A stretch of DNA of 32,000 nucleotides, taken from contig DAOMZT010000003.1 in assembly GCA_035400625.1 (NCBI GenBank), forward strand, positions 1 through 32,000, given 5' to 3'. Under the pieces are notes generated by a model. It was not told where the DNA came from. It saw only the letters and a program-made list of their open reading frames with translations, and ran no database searches. The translations under genes were made by a program, and so were the position numbers. Shown one piece after another: positions 24,717 to 31,998 of the stretch (positions are counted from its first letter, which is position 1; every line of letters starts with the position of its first letter). The stretch is from an archaeon. Its GTDB lineage: Archaea > Iainarchaeota > Iainarchaeia > Iainarchaeales > CSSED10-239.

Positions 24717-25442
24717 ATGCACAATAGCAAAATATTAAGTTTATTATTGGACTTTGGTCTTACAGAATATGAGGCCAGAACATTAACAACTTTATTTAAT
24801 TTTGTTGAAGCTGATGCTCCACACATCAGTAGAAATGCAGAAATTCCAAAAACAAGAATTTATGATGTTTTAGAAAAATTAAAAGAAAAAGGGCTAATTC
24901 TAGAAGTCTATGGTAGACCAAAGAGATACAAGGTAATTGATCCTAACGAAATTTTCAAACAACTAATAGATAATAAGAAAAAAGAAATATCTCTTCTTGA
25001 TAAACAAGTAAAAGATATCTTAAGTAAAGAAACCTGGTCAAATCAAGTTGCTGGGGTACAAGAAAAGATTTTACAAGTTAAAAATCTTAAAGACTATAAC
25101 AAGCTATTGTCTCAGGAATTTGAAAATGCAGAAAAAGAAATTACTGGCTTTACAAGTATGGATGACAGAGTAGAAGCATTTAAGCCAATTTCAGAGATGC
25201 CAGAAGTTCATGTTAAATTAATCTCTAAGCCTATAACAAAAGAGTTTGATTTCCCAAAGAATTTTGCAATACAAGAGAAAGAACATACAATGGATGCTTT
25301 TATCATTGATAAGAACAAGGTTGTCATGTCATTAAATGATTTATCAGCACCAAAAGAGACATATCATTTAACAATTTTAAAGAATAACCCAAGTCTTACA
25401 AAAGCACTTCTTACTCATTTTGATGATTATTGGAAGAAGTAG
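24717..25442 (+). CDS. TrmB-family transcriptional regulator (winged HTH).
   Basis: N-terminal LTEYEARTLTTLFNFVEADAPHISRNAEIPKTRIYDVLEKLKEKGLI matches the TrmB wHTH pattern. A coiled segment and a C-terminal domain follow. GTG 24702 is an alternative start. Confidence 0.7.
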   Translation: MHNSKILSLLLDFGLTEYEARTLTTLFNFVEADAPHISRNAEIPKTRIYDVLEKLKEKGLILEVYGRPKRYKVIDPNEIFKQLIDNKKKEISLLDKQVKDILSKETWSNQVAGVQEKILQVKNLKDYNKLLSQEFENAEKEITGFTSMDDRVEAFKPISEMPEVHVKLISKPITKEFDFPKNFAIQEKEHTMDAFIIDKNKVVMSLNDLSAPKETYHLTILKNNPSLTKALLTHFDDYWKK

Positions 25443-25464
25443 TTTTTTTCTATTTTTATTTTTT
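25443..25464 (+). terminator. Candidate oligo-T terminator after the TrmB-like gene.
   Basis: tttttttctatttttatttttt (T7, T5, T6 runs) starts directly after the stop codon. Confidence 0.4.
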
Positions 25465-25510
25465 AAATTTTAAAAAATTATCATTGTCTATTTTTTTATA
25501 ACCAAAAACC

Positions 25511-25524
25511 AAAAGTTTATATAT
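25511..25524 (+). promoter_or_regulatory. Candidate BRE/TATA promoter of the pilin-signal DUF285 repeat-protein gene.
   Basis: aaaagTTTATATAt resembles the archaeal purine-rich BRE plus TTTATATA box, about 58 nt upstream of ATG 25581. A second TATA-like tttatatt lies at 25553-25560. Confidence 0.3.
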
Positions 25525-25580
25525 TTTTGTTCCTTATTCTATTATAGTATATTTATATTAGATTACTAGGTTGAGAAATA

Positions 25581-28271
25581 ATGGGTCAAAAATTAATTAG
25601 AAATAGAGAAACTTTATCTAAAAACAACAAACCACAAAAAACCGATTTAAAAAGAAAAGCACAAGCAACAATGGAAGTTTTGATTATAATGGGTGTTTTA
25701 GTTGTTGGAGTAATAATATTTGGAACTTTTTATTTTGGAAATATTGGTGAGAGATCAAGAGGTTCAGCAGGAATTTCTAGAGACATGAATGAATCTGAAT
25801 TAAAAACCAGTTATGATAAAGCGATAATCTATGATGGTGTTGATCAAGTATCAATGGATGGTGGTAGTAGCCATATTGTTCCAGATGATGGCGATAGCGA
25901 TGATGAAGATGGGGATGAGCCACCAGGTTCAGATGAAACTGGCCCTCCAACAATATTGGTATTTGATACAAGAAATACAAGTGATGGTTCTTCTGGGTCA
26001 CCCTCTCCTTCTTCTACTGGCAATCAAATCGGGTCGCCATTAGAAGACGAACCACTATTAGAAGAAATAGACACTTATAATTTTAATGTTGATTGGAATG
26101 ATGACACAGATAGTAATATCACTTTTTGGAGCCAACCAGAAGCAACCCCTACCAATTCAGGTCCTGGAAATCTCCCTTCTTCTGACATCAGTCAAATCAG
26201 GTTGCCATTAGAATCTTCAGGGACTTATAATTTTAATGTTGATTGGAATGATGGTACAAACAGCCACATTACTTCTTGGAACCAGCCAGAAGCAACACAT
26301 ACTTATTCAGAGCCAGGAATTTATGAAATAAAAATAACTGGAGTAATTAAAGGATTTCGTTTTAATAATAATGGCGACAGATTAAAACTTATAGAAATAA
26401 AAAACTGGGGCAACCTAAATCTAGGTAATAACGGTTATTATTTTTATGGTTGTTCTAATCTAGATATTACAGCAACAGATGTATTGGATTTAAATGGCAC
26501 AACAAATTTAAGAGGTTTATTTTATAAATGTAGTAGTTTAGTATTTAATGAAAGCATAAATTCATGGGATACCTCTAAAGTAACTAATATGGGGTCTATG
26601 TTTAATAAGGCTTCTAGTTTTAATCAACCATTGTCTTTTGATACATCTAATGTAATTAATATGTCTTTTATGTTTTCTACTGCTTCTAGTTTCAATCAAC
26701 CTTTAGATTTTAATACCTCTAGTGTAACAGATATGTTTGCGATGTTTCAGTGTGCGACCGATTTTAACCAGCCTTTATCTTCTTTTGATACTTCTAATGT
26801 AACTGATATGCATCATATGTTTGGATGTATTTATGATATGAGTTTCAATCAGTCCTTATCAAATTTTGACACCTCTAAAGTACGCAATATGTCTTATATG
26901 TTTCGTTATGCTTCTAGTTTCAACCAGTCTTTATCTAATTTCGATACCTCTAATGTAACTGATATGCAACATATGTTTTATCATGCATCTAGTTTCAACC
27001 AGTCTTTATCTAATTTCGATACTTCTAATGTGACCGATATGTGGGATATGTTTTTCCATGCATCTAGTTTCAACCAGCCTTTATCTTCTTTTGATACTTC
27101 TAAAGTAACTAATATGGGTGGTATGTTTTCAGGTGCAAGTAATTTCAACCAGTCTTTATCTTCTTTTGATACTTCTAAAGTAACTAATATGCGTGCTATG
27201 TTTTTTGGTGCACGTAGTTTCAATCAGCCATTATCTTCTTTTGATACTTCTAATGTAACTGATATGTATGGTATGTTTTCAGGTGCGAGTAGTTTCAATC
27301 AGTCTTTATCTTCTTTTGATACTTCTAATGTAACCGATATGCATTGGATGTTTAGAGATGCTTCCAGTTTCAACCAGCCCTTATCTTCTTTTAATACCTC
27401 TAATGTAACCGATATGTCTGAGATGTTTAGGAATGCATCAAGTTTCAATCATCCCTTAGATTTTAATACAACTAATGTAACCGATATGTCAGGTATGTTT
27501 TCTGATGCAACCAGTTTTAATCAGCCATTAGATTTTGATACTTCTAAAGTAACCGATATGAGTAGCATGTTTTTTGGGGTTACAAATTTCAAGTCGCCTA
27601 TAAATTTTGATACCTCTAATGTAACTGACATGTCCTACATGTTTTACAACACTTCAAGTTTCAATCACCCCTTAGATTTTAATACCTCTAATGTCACTAA
27701 TATGTCTTTTATGTTTTATGGTGCATCAAGTTTCAATCACCCTTTAGATTTTAACACCTCTAATGTTAATGGAATGACTGGTATGTTTTATGGCGCTTCC
27801 AGTTTTAATCAACCATTAGATTTTGATACTTCTAAAGTAACTAATATGGGGTCTATGTTTTTTAATGCAACAAATTTCAATCATCCATTGGATTTTGATA
27901 CTTCTAGTGTAAGATATATGAGTCGTATGTTTTTAGGTGCTTCCAGTTTTAATCAACCTTTAGATTTTAATACTTCTAATGTCACTGATATGTCTTTGAT
28001 GTTTTATAGTGCATCTAATTTCAATTCCACCTTGTCTTTTGATACATCTAATGTAACCGATATGTCTGCAATGTTTTTCCAAGCTAATAGTTTCAATCAT
28101 CCCTTAGATTTTAATGTCTCAAAAGTAACTAATATGGGAGGTATGTTTAATAATGCATCCAGTTTCAACCAAGACATTAGCTCATGGGATGTAGAAAATG
28201 TTACAAATTGGTCAGGAATATTTACTAATTGCCCAATACAAACAGACTATAAACCTGAAAAGTTTAGATAA
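25581..28271 (+). CDS. Large surface protein of 896 aa. Its parts are a class III (type IV pilin-like) signal peptide, an acidic/Ser-Pro linker, a duplicated beta-rich module, and about 23 tandem DUF285/BspA-type leucine-rich-like repeats.
   Basis: The N-terminus is ...DLKRKA|QATMEVLIIMGVLVVGVIIFGTFYF, with K-A at -2/-1, Q at +1 and E at +5. The repeat consensus is F(D/N)TS(N/K)VT(D/N)MxxMFxxASSFNQ(P/S)L(S/D), characteristic of DUF285 (PF03382)/BspA-family proteins. No C-terminal TM or sorting signal is present. Confidence 0.8.
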   Translation: MGQKLIRNRETLSKNNKPQKTDLKRKAQATMEVLIIMGVLVVGVIIFGTFYFGNIGERSRGSAGISRDMNESELKTSYDKAIIYDGVDQVSMDGGSSHIVPDDGDSDDEDGDEPPGSDETGPPTILVFDTRNTSDGSSGSPSPSSTGNQIGSPLEDEPLLEEIDTYNFNVDWNDDTDSNITFWSQPEATPTNSGPGNLPSSDISQIRLPLESSGTYNFNVDWNDGTNSHITSWNQPEATHTYSEPGIYEIKITGVIKGFRFNNNGDRLKLIEIKNWGNLNLGNNGYYFYGCSNLDITATDVLDLNGTTNLRGLFYKCSSLVFNESINSWDTSKVTNMGSMFNKASSFNQPLSFDTSNVINMSFMFSTASSFNQPLDFNTSSVTDMFAMFQCATDFNQPLSSFDTSNVTDMHHMFGCIYDMSFNQSLSNFDTSKVRNMSYMFRYASSFNQSLSNFDTSNVTDMQHMFYHASSFNQSLSNFDTSNVTDMWDMFFHASSFNQPLSSFDTSKVTNMGGMFSGASNFNQSLSSFDTSKVTNMRAMFFGARSFNQPLSSFDTSNVTDMYGMFSGASSFNQSLSSFDTSNVTDMHWMFRDASSFNQPLSSFNTSNVTDMSEMFRNASSFNHPLDFNTTNVTDMSGMFSDATSFNQPLDFDTSKVTDMSSMFFGVTNFKSPINFDTSNVTDMSYMFYNTSSFNHPLDFNTSNVTNMSFMFYGASSFNHPLDFNTSNVNGMTGMFYGASSFNQPLDFDTSKVTNMGSMFFNATNFNHPLDFDTSSVRYMSRMFLGASSFNQPLDFNTSNVTDMSLMFYSASNFNSTLSFDTSNVTDMSAMFFQANSFNHPLDFNVSKVTNMGGMFNNASSFNQDISSWDVENVTNWSGIFTNCPIQTDYKPEKFR
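26005..26311 (+). repeat. In-frame tandem duplication inside the repeat-protein gene (copy A about 26005-26171, copy B about 26172-26311).
   Basis: There is a 31-nt perfect identity, acttataattttaatgttgattggaatgatg, at 26073-26103 and 26223-26253. The flanks are similar (…caaatc.gg.t.gccattagaa…, …ccagaagcaac…). At protein level the copies read YNFNVDWNDDTDSNITFWSQPEATPT and YNFNVDWNDGTNSHITSWNQPEATHT. Confidence 0.85.
26565..28235 (+). repeat. Array of about 23 tandem coding repeats (DUF285/BspA-type) with a 72-75 nt period. The central units at about 26860-27400 are the most similar at nucleotide level.
   Basis: Visible periodic recurrence of ...agtttcaa(c/t)cag(c/t)ctttatct(t/a)(c/a)ttt(t/c)gata c(t/c)tctaa(t/a)gtaac(t/c)(g/a)atatg.... 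Confidence 0.9.
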
Positions 28272-28276
28272 ACATT

Positions 28277-28705
28277 CTAAATCTTTTCTCTTTCTATTTT
28301 CCCCAACTTTTGTATTTGCCTAGAAAAAGCATCTCTATAATCTATTTTATAAAAGACCTTTTTGATTCCAAATTCAATCATATATCTTACACAAGAAACA
28401 CAAGGACTATATGTGGAATATAATTCTGCCCCTTTCAAGTCATACCCTTTCTTTATCGCATCAATCATAGCCCTTTGCTCAGCACACATGCCAGTACATA
28501 GCTCGTTTCTTTGTCCTGGCCTAAACTTAAAATGATCTTTTGCACAGCCAATAACTGAACATGGCGGAATACTAGGAGAATTGCCATTATATCCACTACC
28601 AATAATTCTGCCATTTTTAACAACAACAGCACCTATCTTTTTTCTTAAACAAAGCGATTTTTTTTCTTCTCTGATTAGTGTATTTTTAATGGTATTTAGG
28701 CTCAT
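28277..28705 (-). CDS. Deoxycytidylate (dCMP) deaminase / ComEB-like cytidine-deoxycytidylate deaminase family zinc enzyme.
   Basis: KIGAVVVKNGRIIGSGYNG..., a C-A-E motif (MCAEQRAM) and PCVSC (PCxxC) zinc ligands match the CDA/dCMP deaminase fold. It is the only minus-strand gene, and its stop lies 5 nt from the convergent repeat-protein stop. Confidence 0.75.
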   Translation of the reverse strand: MSLNTIKNTLIREEKKSLCLRKKIGAVVVKNGRIIGSGYNGNSPSIPPCSVIGCAKDHFKFRPGQRNELCTGMCAEQRAMIDAIKKGYDLKGAELYSTYSPCVSCVRYMIEFGIKKVFYKIDYRDAFSRQIQKLGKIEREKI

Positions 28706-28729
28706 AAATACTAAGAAAAGATGAATCTA

Positions 28730-28737
28730 TTTATAAA
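28730..28737 (-). promoter_or_regulatory. Candidate TATA box for the deaminase gene, positioned for a leaderless transcript.
   Basis: The minus strand reads gaaagcTTTATAAAtagat. The box lies 25-32 nt upstream of the minus-strand ATG (28705) and no SD motif intervenes. Confidence 0.35.
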
Positions 28738-28822
28738 GCTTTCTTGGCCTAAATATATTATACTTAGTATACTTTTTTCTAAAGAAAAAAGCCGATGAAG
28801 AAAACATTTTGGAGGTTTTAAA

Positions 28823-29326
28823 ATGGCAGACTATGTTAAGTTCAGCGTACCAGAGGATTTAAAGAATCTTCAAGCTGATGTTGTTTCAAAGATTTCTAAA
28901 TCAGGTAAAGTTAAAGTGGGAATCAATGAAGTAACAAAAATGGTAGAGAGAAACACAGCAAAATTAGTATTGATTGCAGAAGATATAACTCCTGCAGAAA
29001 TAGTAATGCACCTTCCTGTAATTTGTAAAGAAAAGAACATTGCATTCAGTTATGTTTCAACAAAGGAAGAGCTTGGAAAGATATCAGGAATAAATGCAAA
29101 AGCGAGTGCTATAGCTGTTGTTGATGAAGGAGTTTTAAAAAAGGAATTCTCTGCATTAATCTCAAAGATTGAAGAGTTAAGTGGCGGAAAACCAAAACCA
29201 GAAAGTAAACCAAAACCAGCAGAGAAAAAGCCAGTAGAAAAAAAAGAAAAGCCATCTGAAAATAAAAAAGAAGAAAAGCCAGCAGAAGTTAAGAAAGAAG
29301 AAGTTGCTGAAGAAAAAAAAGAATAG
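28823..29326 (+). CDS. rpl7ae: 50S ribosomal protein L7Ae (eL8 family, kink-turn binding) with a K/E/P-rich C-terminal tail of about 45 aa.
   Basis: KVKVGINEVTKMVERNTAKLVLIAEDITPAEIVMHLPVICKEKNIAFSYVSTKEELG matches L7Ae. GGAGGT lies 6 nt upstream of the ATG. The tail ends in ...VKKEEVAEEKKE, the same as uS2. Confidence 0.93.
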   Translation: MADYVKFSVPEDLKNLQADVVSKISKSGKVKVGINEVTKMVERNTAKLVLIAEDITPAEIVMHLPVICKEKNIAFSYVSTKEELGKISGINAKASAIAVVDEGVLKKEFSALISKIEELSGGKPKPESKPKPAEKKPVEKKEKPSENKKEEKPAEVKKEEVAEEKKE

Positions 29327-29336
29327 GTGATTGATA

Positions 29337-29546
29337 ATGGCAGATGAAGGAGTTCCTGCAGAAGTCGTAGAGATTGTTGGCAGAACAGGCTCTAGAGGCG
29401 AAGCAACTCAAGTTCTTTGCAGAATATTAGATGGCTTTGAAAAAGGAAGAATTAAGAAAAGAAATGTAAGGGGCCTAGTAAAGAAAGGCGATGTATTAAT
29501 CTTAATGAATCCAGAATCTGAAGCAAAGGACATTAGGGGTCGCTAG
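29337..29546 (+). CDS. rps28e: 30S ribosomal protein eS28
   Basis: PAEVVEIVGRTGSRGEATQVLCRIL...GRIKKRNVRGLVKKGDVLILMNPESEA matches S28e. The ATG lies 6 nt after GGTGA. Confidence 0.93.
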   Translation: MADEGVPAEVVEIVGRTGSRGEATQVLCRILDGFEKGRIKKRNVRGLVKKGDVLILMNPESEAKDIRGR

Positions 29547-29563
29547 ATTAAAGGTGAATGCAA

Positions 29564-29770
29564 ATGAAATGTACATTTTGTGGTAAAGAAATAAAAAAAG
29601 GCACAGGCATAATCTATGCTAAAAAAGACGGAACAACAAGTTATTTTTGTTCAAGTAAATGTAAGAAAAATCAACTAGTTAAAAAATACAAGCCACTAAA
29701 GACTAGATGGACAGACACCTATCATCTAGAAAAGACAAGACATCAAAAGAAAAAACTTGTTAAAGAATAA
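29564..29770 (+). CDS. rpl24e: 50S ribosomal protein eL24
   Basis: MKCTFCGKEIKKGTGIIYAKKDGTTSYFCSSKCKKN matches the L24e zinc-binding N-terminus. ATG 29564 lies 6 nt after GGTGA (29553-29557). ATG 29558 abuts the SD and is less likely. Confidence 0.92.
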   Translation: MKCTFCGKEIKKGTGIIYAKKDGTTSYFCSSKCKKNQLVKKYKPLKTRWTDTYHLEKTRHQKKKLVKE

Positions 29771-29771
29771 G

Positions 29772-29785
29772 TTTTTTTATCTTTT
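29772..29785 (+). terminator. Candidate oligo-T terminator after eL24.
   Basis: tttttttatctttt (T7 then T4) begins 2 nt after the stop. Confidence 0.35.
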
Positions 29786-29814
29786 GACAAGATGTTGTTT
29801 TTATTTTCTAAAGT

Positions 29815-31569
29815 GTGATAAACATAACATATAGACAACCAATAATCACAGTCATGGGTCATATTGACTCTGGAAAGACAACCTTTCTAGACAAGATTAA
29901 AGGTACTAGTATAGTTGATAAAGAAGCAGGCAAAATCACACAACATATTGGCGCAACAGAAATAACAATTGATATAATTCAAAAGATTAGCGGGCACTTA
30001 GCTAAAAAATATAATTTTGAATTAAGCATTCCAGGACTATTATTCATAGACACACCAGGACATAATGCCTTTGATAATCTAAGAGAGCGAGGCGGAAGTC
30101 TTGCAGACCTAGTAGTAATAGTAATGGATATCAACAAAGGCTTACAAGTGCAGGATATTGAAACACTCAATATTCTAAAGATGTATAAGGTTCCTTTTTT
30201 AGTTGTGGCTAACAAGTTAGATTTGGTTCATGGCTGGTGTCAAGAAGGAAAAGACATTTCAAACAACCTTACAACACAATCAAAACAAATAGAAGAAAAG
30301 ATCGATGAATTAATCTACAGAATTGTTGGACAGCTATATGATAAAGGCTTTCAAGCAGAAAGGTTTGATAGAGTAACTGACTTTACAAAACAGATTGCAA
30401 TAATTCCTGGATCGTGTGTTAATGGCTGGGGACTAGCAGAAACAGTTTTGTTTTTATCGGTTTTAAGTCAAAAATTTCTAGGAAAAAAAATAACAATTGA
30501 TGAAAACGATCATATGCACGGGGCTGTTCTTGAGGTTGGCGAGCTTAAAGGAATGGGCTCGACTGCTGATGTTATTGTTTATCAAGGCAGTCTAAAGCTA
30601 AAGGATGAAATTGTTTTTCCAACAAGATTTGGTTTACAAAACTCAAAAGTAAAGGCGATATTAAAACCAAACTTCATGACTGCAGTTGATAAGAAAGGAA
30701 GTTTTGAAAACATTTCTGTGATTCATGCAGCTTCGGGAATAAAGGTTGTGGCTCCAGGAATTGATGCTTGTCTACCAGGTGCAGTAATTATCTCTGCAAA
30801 TGATAAAGAAGCAATAGAGAGGCTAAAAACAAAATCATATAATTGTTTTATTAATAGCCCAGAAGGGGCGTTTATTAAAGCAGACACTCTTGGCTCTCTT
30901 GAGGCTCTACATAAGCTATTAGAAAAGGAATGTATAAAAATAGCAAGCTCAGATATAGGTGAATTCACAAACAAAGACCTAACAGAATTGAAAATATTAA
31001 ACGAAAAAGACAAGATCCAAGGAGTTCTTTTCTTGTTTAATGTTAAAATCAGTCAAGAGTTTGAAGATGAGATAAATAAGTTAAAAATCCCTATATTTAA
31101 AAATAATATTATATATAAATTAATTGAAGATTATCAAGAATGGCTAAGCAAAACAAAAAAAACAGAGCATGATAAATTATTAAAGGAAATAATATATCCT
31201 TGTAAATTTAAGGTGCTTCCAAACTTTATATTTAGAAGTAGTAAGCCAGCAGTTGTTGGCGTAAGAATATTAGAGGGCAGGTTGATTTCTGGAGCAGTAG
31301 TTAGTTTAAATGGTAAAAAGATAGGGACAATAGAAGGCATACAATCAGAAGGAAAAGAAATAGAGATTGCTCAAAAAGATATGGAAGTGGCAGTGTCAAT
31401 TGCTGACGCCACCTATCTTAAAGACTTTAAGGAAGGAGATGTTCTTGAAATTTCTCTTAACCTTGATATGATTAGTAAGCTAGAGGCTCTGGAAGGAGAA
31501 TTAAGCCCAGAAGAACAAACAATGATAGAAGTTATTAAAAATGAAATTTATAAAAAACAAAATCAATGA
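29815..31569 (+). CDS. infB: Translation initiation factor aIF5B (IF-2 family GTPase).
   Basis: G1 is GHIDSGKTT, G3 is DTPGH and G4 is NKLD, with the four-domain length typical of aIF5B. It has an apparent GTG start. The next in-frame ATG would remove the beta-strand preceding the P-loop. Confidence 0.92.
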   Translation: MINITYRQPIITVMGHIDSGKTTFLDKIKGTSIVDKEAGKITQHIGATEITIDIIQKISGHLAKKYNFELSIPGLLFIDTPGHNAFDNLRERGGSLADLVVIVMDINKGLQVQDIETLNILKMYKVPFLVVANKLDLVHGWCQEGKDISNNLTTQSKQIEEKIDELIYRIVGQLYDKGFQAERFDRVTDFTKQIAIIPGSCVNGWGLAETVLFLSVLSQKFLGKKITIDENDHMHGAVLEVGELKGMGSTADVIVYQGSLKLKDEIVFPTRFGLQNSKVKAILKPNFMTAVDKKGSFENISVIHAASGIKVVAPGIDACLPGAVIISANDKEAIERLKTKSYNCFINSPEGAFIKADTLGSLEALHKLLEKECIKIASSDIGEFTNKDLTELKILNEKDKIQGVLFLFNVKISQEFEDEINKLKIPIFKNNIIYKLIEDYQEWLSKTKKTEHDKLLKEIIYPCKFKVLPNFIFRSSKPAVVGVRILEGRLISGAVVSLNGKKIGTIEGIQSEGKEIEIAQKDMEVAVSIADATYLKDFKEGDVLEISLNLDMISKLEALEGELSPEEQTMIEVIKNEIYKKQNQ

Positions 31570-31587
31570 AAAAGAGGTGTATGAATT

Positions 31588-31998
31588 TTGAGATTAATAT
31601 TATCAGATCCAAAAACAAAAAAAAGTTATAATGCAGAAGCAGATGAAAAGACAAAGCTTCATTTGCTTGGAAAGAAAATCAACGATGAGGTTGATTTATC
31701 AAATATCGCTCCTGGTTTAAAAGGAAAAATAACAGGTGGCTCAGATAAGCAGGGCTTTCCAATGCACATAAAACTTGACTCTGAAGTTTCTAAAAAGATT
31801 CTAACTAAAAAAGGCACAGGCTTTAAATCAAAAAGGCCAGGTGAGAGAAAAAGAGTAAGAGTTGCTGGAAGAGTTGTAGTTGCTGGCACTGCCCAAGTAA
31901 ATATTAAATTAACAGAAGGAGACACAACAGGCTTTTCTGAAAGATTCCCAAAGCAAAAGAAAGAAGAATCTGGCACAAAGAAAAAGAAGAAGAAATAA
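31588..31998 (+). CDS. rps6e: 30S ribosomal protein eS6
   Basis: MRLILSDPKTKKSY...GKITGGSDKQGFPM...GERKRVRVAG matches S6e. The TTG start lies 8 nt after GAGGTG (31574-31579), and an in-frame stop at 31582-31584 excludes upstream starts. Confidence 0.9.
   Translation: MRLILSDPKTKKSYNAEADEKTKLHLLGKKINDEVDLSNIAPGLKGKITGGSDKQGFPMHIKLDSEVSKKILTKKGTGFKSKRPGERKRVRVAGRVVVAGTAQVNIKLTEGDTTGFSERFPKQKKEESGTKKKKKK

Noticed and set aside
25777-26043. Overlapping alternative-frame ORFs (25831-26043 on the plus strand, 25777-26001 on the minus strand) inside the 5' part of the repeat-protein gene.
   Set aside because: They are fully nested in a much longer ORF that has recognisable domains. Their composition (His/Leu/Met runs) is typical of off-frame readings of an acidic GAT/GAA-rich segment, and they lack start context.
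26981-27223. An 80-aa minus-strand ORF with internally repeated LEVSK(E/L)DKDWLKL.
   Set aside because: It is an antisense artefact of the tandem coding repeats on the plus strand. Its own repetitiveness simply mirrors them.
26565-28235. Regular 72-75-nt periodicity that could superficially suggest a CRISPR array or a non-coding satellite.
   Set aside because: The repeats are contiguous with no unique spacers, lie in one uninterrupted 896-codon ORF, and translate to a coherent DUF285/BspA-type protein repeat. There is no leader or cas genes nearby.
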